Assembly (NCBI GenBank): GCA_951406725.2
Contig: OX597829.1
Span: 17,050,001-17,114,000, forward strand
Length of the DNA stretch: 64,000 nucleotides
Direction: 5' to 3'
Origin: Octopus vulgaris
Lineage: Eukaryota
Shown here: piece by piece, positions 53,467 through 64,000 of the stretch
Numbering within the stretch: position 1 is the stretch's first letter
Layout of the letters: each line of letters starts with the position of its first letter
The notes under the pieces: model-generated
Seen by the model: only the letters and a program-made list of their open reading frames with translations
Databases searched by the model: none
Told to the model about the DNA's origin: nothing
Position numbers and translations under genes: made by a program

Positions 53467-55600
53467 GCGTGTGTGTGTGTGTGTGTGTGTGTTAAATATA
53501 TATTTTTGAATGTTATTAAGGCTCGGTTACAACTGCTAAACAATTTGAGAAATACAATTATGTATTTTTATTTTGTTTAAAACCTATTTCAAAATAGTTA
53601 ACAATATTATAATACGCTACAAATTTGTCTTAGCTATTATTATTATTATACATTACTATATAAAGTTAGCAACTTGAATGCATAAATTTACATATGCAAA
53701 TTTAGTATTTTTACTACTCCATTATTTTTAAAAAAGAAAATAGTAATAATTAAAAAAAAGCATGTATAGAAAACGATGAAGTTTCGGGTAGATAAGGCAC
53801 CGTGGTCTCTGTTAATCAGAATTATGATCTGAGTTTAAAAAAAAAATATCGCTGCCAGCATTTACGTTATTATAAGTTGCCTCTGTTCAATCTAGTTCAA
53901 CGTCTCATAACTTTCTTGATGTTCACTCACCCTCTTTGATTTAAAGGTGGAGGGGGAGTAGCATGCACCTATTATGAACGGACAAAGATAGGTATAGGCT
54001 TTAATTCTTTCAGACTTTGACACAAGGTCAGCAATTTTTAATATGCAAGCTGTTAATCATGAACAAAGATTCTAGTACTTGACAGGTGCTATATTTTATT
54101 GACACCTCAAAAAGATGAAAGGCAGAAAGGCAGTCTCATGGGTATTTCAACTCAGAATGTAAGAAGTCAGGAGAAATACCACTTACCATTTTGCCCGACA
54201 TTAGCAAGTCATACAACAAAAATGGTTAGTGGTGTCTTCTCACCTTCTTAAAAAAGAAAAGTTTTTTTTTAAATTTTACTTTAAGTTACTTATGGCCCAT
54301 TCTGAACTAATCCACATCTTACCTTGAGAAAATCTAATCAAGAAATAAGCTATATCTTTCATCCCTTTGTTACATTTGCATTCACTTGGATCACCGACTT
54401 TAAAGAGACTTAAGTTTTAGCAACATTTTGGCAAATTTTTATATATTGGGGTTTGACATATATGGACACAACTTGGCCATATGTATACACATACATAATA
54501 CTATGTGTGTGTATATATATATGTACATATATATATATATATATATGTACATATATATATATACACACACACACACACATACTATATATACACACATACA
54601 TACTAAATATGAATATACATATACATACAGACTAATGTATATATACATGCTTACATACAATATATGTATGTATATACATACATACTATATATACATAATA
54701 TATATAAGTATATCTATACATACTATATATAAGTATATATATATACATACTATATATATATATATGCATGCTATATATGTATATATACATACTATGTGTT
54801 TCTGTGTATATATATGACTTTGGACGGGTATTTTACTTGATAAACATATTTTTTAATTATATATTTATTTTATATTTATTCATTTTGGGCAATTCCACAA
54901 TTCCATAAAATTCCTTTTTTTGTTTTTGTTTTCTGACAATGATTTAATAATTTTCCGAGAAATATTTACGCTAATTTCGTAAAAAAAAAAAAAAAAAAAA
55001 AAAAGGAAAGAAATTACATCAAGCTAGCTGACAAACAATGTATATTGCATACTTGCGACATAGCAGTATAGACGTAAAAAAAAATTTTTTTTAATTAAAA
55101 ACGGAAAATTTTTGGTCCATTCTGGTTCCTACACTATAATACACTTTATGAGCGACGGAATGTTTTTTTACAATTTCATTAAGATGTAATATAAAAGTGT
55201 CTATATGAATACAATATTCATTTTTCCATTGAGAAATATATCAAAGAAAATTCACAAATAATAATAATAATAATAATAATAATAATCTGTGATAAATGTA
55301 AAAAAAAAAAAGACTAAGGCCTTTCGAAAAATATACAAACATGTAGTTTTAAGCTTTAATGGAATCGATAATTTATAAAGTGGTTTTTCAGTTCAAAATT
55401 CAATATTCTTTAATTCGTTTCAGTCATTTAACTGCGGCCATGCTGGAGCATCGCCTTTAGTCGCATAAATTCTTCATCTGTTGTGTGTATACATACATCG
55501 TTGTGCGTCTGTGAGTGTGTGTGTATGTGTAACATATATATATATAAAGTTTGACAGTGACTTTGAAGTTTCAGTTTGCTGGCCTTTGTTGGACTGCGCA

Positions 55601-55641
55601 CAGTCTGACGAGCAGAGCAAGCCGAAACTTCGGCGTCAATG
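55601..55641 (+). ncRNA. Hammerhead-like motif
   Basis: CAGT-CTGACGA-gcagagcaagcc-GAAA-C-ttcggc-G-T-C-AATG; both cores and the GUC triplet are present, helices I and II imperfect. Confidence 0.4.
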
Positions 55642-55756
55642 ACATTTTTTTTTCTTTCTAAAAGTTTAATGAATGTGTGCTCCACTAAAAAGTATTAAAA
55701 AATTCTTAAGTTTAAGGATAAATTTTTCTATAACTTGATAGAAAAATAAACATTGA

Positions 55757-55798
<42 letters not shown>

Positions 55799-57344
55799 TT
55801 TATGTATAATTACAGCTGATTATAAGGCGAAATCTAATTTCCTAATAATAATAATAAGCATGATGTATCACAGAATTCTTCTTGGAATTTAGCAACGTTC
55901 TTGGACCCTTTTGAAAGAAATTATAGAAAAATAGAAAAAAAAAAAAAAAGAGAATAAAAAAAGTCTTACAAGCCACCACTTGTGATTCAAATATCAATTG
56001 TGCATTTCAAAGATTTAAAAATATATATATAATCGTAATTATAATAGTCATAACAATATAAAATTTAGGTTGTAAGGCTTACAAAATATAAATTTTGATA
56101 TTTTTTGGTATAAAATGCATTATAGTTGTCTTGTTTGTTTTTTTCTCTCTCTCTCTCTCTCTCCCTCTCTCTCTTTCTCACTCTCTCCCTCTGTAGTTGT
56201 CTTGAAGTAAACTGTTATCTCCAAACCATGATCTAGATAATTATTATTATTATTATTATCATTATTATTATTATTATTATTTTGAATTTTCTAAAATACT
56301 TTTGTTTTCGGAATGGTTATTCCCTTTTCTTTTACTCTTATGACAAACAGTAAAATTTAGCCAGAACACCTTATGTTTATAATTTTTCAGAGTCAACCAG
56401 CCTGAAGATGTTTCCCATTGGTTGTATGGTAATAACTTTGCTTCTCGACCACAGAATACCAAGTTCTCTCCCACTATATGACACCTTAGCCAAGTGTCTT
56501 CTACTATAGACCACTGCGCAAGTATCTCTGCTATAAGCCTCGGGGCGACCAAAGCCTTATGAGTGGACTTGGTAGTTGGAAACTGAAAGAAGCCCACTGT
56601 ATGACTATATATGAAAGTTTAAGTTTAGATCATTTTAAAGCAGAAAGTTTGTATCAGTAACAAAATAAATTACAGTACTTGACTGGCATTTTATATTTGG
56701 TGTAATTTGAACTTGGAACATGGAGAGAGAGTCAGAATACCACAAGGTATTTTCCCCCAACTGTTTGATGATCAAACCAGCTTACCTCCTTAATAACAAT
56801 AATAATCTTTTTTTTTATTACCCACAAGGGGCTAAACACAGAGGGGACAAATAAGGACAAACAGATTAAGTCGATTACATTGACCCCAGTGCGTAACTGG
56901 TACTGAATCTCTCGACCCTGATTATCTAATAAAACTAATAAAAACAGTAACAATTTTTACATCTGTCAAAGGCCCACAACACATATGTATTGGATGTCTA
57001 TATTTGATGCACTAGAACCAGTATATAACTGGTATTCATTAGTGGTGGCTCTGGATAATACTTGGCACATTTTCATTTTGGGAGGGAGACGCAAAAAAGC
57101 ATAGAAAGAGAATAACTTGAAAAAGAAATACCGAAAAGTGTAAAAGAGGATCTCAATCCATTGTGGCAGAGGAAATGTAGGAAGTCAGAGGAAGAATGTT
57201 GTCTGCATGTATGAATAGTTGAAATAGTTGCAATGTACAAAATCTCTCTCTCTCTCTTTCTCTAACTCGCATGGAATAATAATAATAACAATAAAAGGCA
57301 GTCATAAGCTTCAACACTAACAATGAATTTTACACATGGTGTTC

Positions 57345-57695
57345 ACACATGCATGTATGTATATATATACATACATATATACACATACATATATACACAC
57401 ATATATATAGATACATATATATATACATACATATATATATACATACATATATATACATATACATATATACATACATATACATACATACATACATATACAT
57501 ACATACATACATACATATATACATACATATACATACATATATACATACATATACATACATATATACATACATATACATACATATATACATACATATACAT
57601 ACATATATACATACATATACATACATATATACATACATATATATACATATATACATACATATATATATATATACATATACATATACATACATATA

Positions 57696-57787
<92 letters not shown>

Positions 57788-57948
57788 AATATATACATAC
57801 ATATATATATATATACATACATATATATATATATACATACATATATATATACATACATATATATATATACATATATATATATACATATATATATATATAC
57901 ATACATATATATATACATATATATATACATACATATATATATATATAC

Positions 57949-57986
<38 letters not shown>

Positions 57987-58292
57987 ATATATATACATAT
58001 ACATATATATATATACATACATATATATACATATACATACATATATATACATATACATATATATATACTTACATATATATATACATATACATACATATAT
58101 ATATACATATATATATACATATACATACATATATACATACATATATATATATACATTTACATACATATATATATACATTTACATACATATATATATACAT
58201 TTACATACATATATATATACATTTACATACATATATATATACATTTACATACATATATATATACATTTACATACATATATATATACATATAT

Positions 58293-58361
<69 letters not shown>
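57345..58361. repeat. ~1-kb compound (TA)n/(TACA)n microsatellite
   Basis: Direct observation; source of the 230-360 aa pseudo-ORFs. Confidence 0.95.
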
Positions 58362-58366
<5 letters not shown>

Positions 58367-59260
58367 TCATTCCAAAAATATGCGGTTTTTCCAATTGCAT
58401 GAATTAAAAGTTGGACAGGAATGGGGTAAACTACCTGCTTCAACTTGCTATAAAAGCAGGTAGTAATTTTAACTTAGACTTCTTCTTAGTGCAAATTTTG
58501 AAGAGTGCAGTTCTATTTTAACAGTTATTTTTTCAAAAAATATAATGGAAGTGACAAAGGAGCATATTTGGCATATTTACAAGTTCAATAAAGGCAACAA
58601 TCCAATGGAAAGTCTGAGGAATAATAATGCAATATAAGGGGATCAGACAATAAGCTAAGCCAGTGTCAATGGTGGTTCCAGTAATTCTGAGCCAGAAACT
58701 ACAGCCTAGAAGACAAGCCTTGTCTTGGAAGATCAGTAGAGCGCAACGAGGACAACCTGTAAATCCCGGTGGAACAAAATGCCATTATAAGTATTGAGAA
58801 TCTAGTTGAGAAGCTTGGATTTGGTCATTCAAGTCAGCACTAGAAGGAAACTGACAATCTTTGGTTTCAAGATGAAAGGTGCTCTTCCATCAGGATAATG
58901 CTCAGCCACATACAACAAGGATGACATTGCAAACTCTGGAACAGTTTGAATGGGAAATGATGCCACAATATTTATTGGACATTGTCCCATCTGATTATCA
59001 TTTATTCTGCAATCTTCAAAATCATTTGGACGGAAAAAATATGAATTCTGTAGATGAGGTCAGAACAGTACTAGAGCAGTATTTTTAGTTGCAGACAAGT
59101 GAGTTTTGGAAGAGCGACCTTGCACGTCTACCTGATAGATGGAAGAGCATTGTAGAAAATGAAGAAGAGTATGTTTTTGATTAAAAGAAGAACTTTGTTT
59201 ATCTTAATTTTGTAAAATAAATGAAGTATAAAAGAAAACCACATTTATAGGATGACCCAA
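58362..59260 (+). mobile_element. Decayed, internally deleted mariner transposon
   Basis: Transposase remnants CQWWFQ..NYSLEDKP, HQDNAQPH, DIVPSDYHLF; imperfect TIRs flanked by TA. Confidence 0.85.
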
Positions 59261-60257
59261 TATTATCATCATCATCATCGTTTGTGAAGCAAACATCTTA
59301 GCATACAGCTATAAACACAGCCATACCTGTATACACACATATATATATATACATATGCTTGTGTGTGTGGGTATACATATGTGTATATGCATATATATAT
59401 ATATATTTCTTTACTACCCACAAGGGGCTAAACACAGAGGGGATAAACAAGGACAAACGGATTAAGTCAATTACATCGACCCCAGCGCGTAACTGGTACT
59501 TAATTTATCGACCCCGAAAGGATGAAAGGCAAAGTCGACCTCGGCGGAATTTGAACTCACAACGTAACAACAGACGAAATACAGCTACGCATTTCGCCCG
59601 GCGTGCTAACGATTCCGCCAGCTCGCCGCCTTAGATTGGTTGATATATGTATATATATATATATATGGGTGTGTGTATGTATGTTATGTGGATATATATA
59701 AATATGTAATATATGCATATATATATAATGTTTGTTTTTATATAAAATTATATGTATATATCCTCATAGACATGTATGCAAACATACATATATTTATTTA
59801 TATAGATACAAACATACTCATATGCACACACACACACACATGTCTACAGTGTTAGTTAGTTTTGGATGTTTGGAAATAACAATGTTCCGTAGCTTTGATG
59901 ACAGTGAATATTCCTGCTGACCAATCAACAATATTCATTCTATTTTAATATAAAAGACTTTGTATAACACAGGCAGGTATACTAGTAATCTAATCCTTGA
60001 GAAGAATTAGATAAAAATAAAAAAATATAATAAGCAGAACCTTGGAGTTGAAATACCAAAGTCCATATGATGGGCTTCCACACAGTCTCCTCCGACTACC
60101 CTAGTTTTGTTTCCATGGTTTGAATCAATAGGATGCAATGGTAAAAAAAAAAAAGCAGGTCCAAGATAACTCTCAGTAAATTCGAACCAAGATCTCGTGA
60201 CAACCAAGTTATCAACTTCACTGCTCAAGCATACCTTTGCCCTTACCCACATGTAAT

Positions 60258-60308
<51 letters not shown>

Positions 60309-60544
60309 TATGTGTGTGTGTGTGTGTGTTCATGAAATGTTTGTCATTTAATTGTATAAATAAAATAAATTTGTTATAAAGTTTGGCTTTCTTTCTGTGT
60401 TTTGTTGTTGTGCTTGTTGTTGTTTGATAGTATTTCTTATTTAATTATCTTATTTTATTCTTATACATTTGCTTTAAAACATATTTGTTATACATCACAC
60501 CTCATGTATATGCTATCATCTTGTAATACCTTGTGATATCATTT

Positions 60545-61719
60545 TTAGTGTGCCCAAGGTCGCCATACATTTTCTTCACTTATGTTTTGCATAACAAGAG
60601 GCTCCAGGGCAACTGGATTGTTATTATTATTATTATTATTAGTAGCAGTAGTAGAAGTAGTAGTTGTAGTAGTATTAGTAGTTGTAGTAATATAATTGAT
60701 ATTATTGTTATTGTTATCCGAACTGTATATCGGGTGTTCACTTAACGATGGAAATGTCGTTATTTTGTTAGAAGGAAATGGTGGAGACATTTTTGAAGGC
60801 AACGATATTGAACTGATGTTCGGTTCGCTATAGATCTGTAAATGATCCGAAAGTGATGGAACAACTGTGGTTGTGGTAATCTGAGGGTTTGTTGCATTTG
60901 ATAAAACTTGGGAAATATTGGACGTATTCTGAATCGGTGTTACTGCACAGGTTTTCAAACCACTGGTAGCTACTTGTGGTAAAAAAGCCATCACACTTGG
61001 AGTTGAAGAGACCGTTGTCGTCAACGGACTTACTGCCGGAGGCGTCGAGGCATATATTGGAATGATATAGCTTGGTTGCTGGGTTTGCGCTCCAGCCATT
61101 ACATTTGCTGGAAAAACAAGAGCGACCTCTCCGGACGGTAGTTTTGTAGGAATGAGCTGGACTCCACTAACGAACTTAGCTGTTTGCAACGGTGAGTTTG
61201 AAGTAAACGACAAACTCCCATTCAGCGTATTTGATATTGTTGTAGTGTTGGTGCTAGATGTACATGTACCTATTGATGTTGTTGTCGTTGTTGATGACGC
61301 TGCTGCTAGGGACGCTACTGGTGTTGTTGTACAGGCTTCTGTCGTTAGTACAATGGGCTTTGATGGAGGTGTTGGTACAGATGGCGCAGCTGCGGCCACT
61401 GTCAAAACGACAGGAGATGAAGATTGAACTTTGGGTATTGAGATCTGTGGTGTTGAGGCACTTTTGGGGGATAATGTCAGAATATTTGGTGAAAGACATG
61501 AAGAACTTTCAGATACTGAAGATGAAGAGCTTATGGAACTGTTTGGTGTCGATGACGATCCACAGTTTGTCATATAACAGGCTAAATGATTGAGGAGGCG
61601 AGCTCTGACTTCTATGTTGACTTCATCAACTGAATTCAGGTACCGGCTTACTTCTGTTGCGCATTCATTGAAACCAAGGCGATATTTATTTATAATCGTA
61701 GGATCTTCATTAGCAGAAA
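60545..61719 (-). CDS. hairy/HES-family bHLH-Orange repressor, last coding exon
   Basis: Orange domain DPTIINKYRLGFNECATEVSRYL...VRARLLNHLA, hairy-type GVQLIPTKLPSGEVALVFP, end VWRPWAH*; acceptor ttttcAG at 61720-61721, phase 1. Confidence 0.95.
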
Positions 61720-62847
61720 CTGAAAAATAATATAAAAGGACATGAGATAAAATGTTGCTATGGTAATTAGAGCATAAAACAGAGCTGGTGGCATCAACAA
61801 TATACAAAAGGGTATAATGGTAAATATTTTATAGTTAGAGAGTATTGGAACATTTCTATTCTATGATTATTTTCGGTATGAATTACATACACAGACTTGG
61901 AATCTGATGCTAAAAGATCCTTTAGGAAGCCAAATGAGACCCTGTCTTACATTAACATAATTTCTTGTCATCCAATCATTGTGTGCAGGAATCTGATGAA
62001 AGGAACCAGCAGAAGAATTTCCAGCCTATCCTCATGCAAAGAGGCTTTTTATGCCACTGCCTTGAACTACAATGTGGTCCTGTAGCCAGTAATATTTAAT
62101 CAATGGATTAGTTATATGCTAACCGTACCAAGAGAAAATTCCACTGGAAAATGCTATGGGTTCACACCACACTTCTTCCTAGTGTAAAAACTGGTGTGAA
62201 CAAGATTTTCTTTAGTTTAGTGGATACACACTTTCCCCATATGAATAGGTTCTATAAACTATTTAATAGGAAAACTTTAAGAGTTTCTTTTTGCTGTGCA
62301 CCTTGCAGGTGGCACGTAAAAAGCACCCACTACACTCTCGGAGTAGTTGGCGTTAGGAAGGGCATCCAGCTGTAGAAACTCTGCCAGATCAAGACTGGAG
62401 CCTGGTGCAGCCATCTGGTTGCCAGCCCTCAGTCAAAACCGTCCAACCCATAAAAGCATGGAAAACGGACGTTAAACGATGATGATGATGATGATGTAGG
62501 TCCACACCTGAAACTGAGGCAGGATGCTGATGAAAATAGAATGCCACATATTCCTTTAAACAGCCAGGGCAATGCAGTAACTGTTGTATATGAGGTAGAT
62601 GTGAGGTCAAAGAAGTTCAGCAGGCAGCCGAGTGTGTGGAATTGTATGGGTGTGATAGGTCCTGTCAGGATTAGATTTAACAACCATAAACCCTCTTTTA
62701 ATATCCAGGAGAGAGAGAGGGACAATGTCGTAGCCCTAGCTGTCACGTATGGACGTTGAAGGAAAGTGCCATGGATTACAACATCAAGTGGAGAATGACG
62801 GAGAACTGCAAGCAGAAGGTGCAAGCTACGCTTAGGTGAGAAAAGAA

Positions 62848-63158
62848 TCTCTCTATATAAACGACAAAATGTGTGTGTCTGTGTGTGTGCGTATCCTTTA
62901 TATAAATCCACAATTTTTCAGTTAGAGGGCTTGCATTTTCTATGGTCATTCAAAACTGTCCAAGGGTGGTCGTGCACATCTTTACATTTCCCCAGTCACC
63001 CCGCAAAGCCATTATAAAAAATCAATAGAAGTGACTTTTTTGTAAATCTTCTATCCAAAACCCAATGAAAATGCCTGAAACTTGATATGCCAATTGAATG
63101 CCAGCTAGCTGTATGTGATTGGTCGGAGATTTGGACAGTTGCCGGGTCATAGTGCTAG
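62848..63158 (+). mobile_element. Non-autonomous Helitron in the HES intron
   Basis: A|TC...CTAG|T; homologous to 20966-21350 but missing one arm of the terminal hairpin. Confidence 0.75.
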
Positions 63159-63939
63159 TTATTTTATAAAACCCTTTTCCCCCAGACTTTTAACTAAACT
63201 GCAACAGCGAAAGTTTTCACTCATGCCTACATGAGGGAAAATACATGATCACTTACCTATGGGCTTCACCATACCTATAAACACTAGGACCTTAAGTCCC
63301 TTTACCATCACAACCTGATTGCACAGTAAAGTTCTGACTACACCAAAATATACACATATATGTATACACACCCGCATATGATGTTAAATCTTTGGGTTTC
63401 ACTCAATTCTCTCCTCCAAATCCCTTATGCATCACAACCCCACTACCTGCATCTAAGTCCCACTTTTGTTGGCAGTCACCACTAACTCTTGTTTCGGTGG
63501 AAATGACATAACTCTTGATGAATTCCATCTCTTTATTACCTCCTGCGGCTCCATTTCATCTATTTTCACATTACCAAAACACCAGATATGACACTTCCTC
63601 ACCTCCAGCAGCAGAGAGCAGTCAGCCCATTTTTCTTTCCATAGCAGCTAACTCTGATGAACATAGTAGGTAATTAGACAGCTATTTAATATCTATCCTG
63701 TGCAAAACCAATTGGTAAGACTGGCTATTTTGGATTTATAATACTGTATAATTTGATTCATTGTATGTATGTTTATGTGTGTGTAGTGAGAGACAGAGAG
63801 AGAGAGAGCAGTTAATGTGTGTGTATATACAAAATACTAAGCATGTACAAAATACTAAGAGCAACAACCTTGTGATAGCTTCAACTCAGTGGAATCTGGA
63901 GTGATTATTGTTTAGGTACAAAATAATAATGGGGCATAC

Positions 63940-64000
63940 CTGAAAAGTGTTGTCGCTGCAATTGCCGCACGTGTTTCACTGTCATTTCAAGAATATCTGC
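63940..64000 (-). CDS. hairy/HES penultimate exon (bHLH helix 2), runs off the window
   Basis: ADILEMTVKHVRQLQRQHFS followed by G|GTATG donor; phase 1 joins in frame to 61719 (G+TT = Val). Confidence 0.93.

Noticed and set aside
57317-58407. Long ORFs rich in Y/I/H/T/M/V/C here and throughout the window
   Set aside because: Translations of (TA)n, (TACA)n, (CA)n, (GATA)n and trinucleotide microsatellites.
61720-61807. N-terminal part of the 420-aa ORF call
   Set aside because: Intronic read-through upstream of the acceptor at 61720; the real upstream exon is at 63940 and beyond.

Overview
AT-rich, microsatellite-laden animal genomic DNA; the repeat repertoire points to an octopus/cephalopod (inference). 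Most long ORFs in the track are translated microsatellites. The only clear host gene is the 3' part of a hairy/HES bHLH-Orange repressor on the minus strand (exons 63940-64000+ and 60545-61719), ending in WRPW plus two extra residues. The rest is mobile DNA: a 3'-truncated CR1-group LINE with an 888-aa APE-RT ORF; decayed R4/Dong, RTE, Penelope-like (PLE) and mariner fragments; several tRNA-derived SINE families; a non-autonomous Helitron family; and MITEs, one carrying TTAGGG. The strongest unannotated signal is a set of type I hammerhead-ribozyme folds in short PLE-type repeats, often arranged as inverted pairs. It includes two copies of a non-autonomous element made of a tRNA-like Pol III head, an (AAT)n tract and a minimal hammerhead. 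Each copy has an inverted piece of its own 3' end at its 5' side and is enclosed by a target-site duplication (TSD). All alignments and folds were done by eye; many repeat boundaries are approximate.
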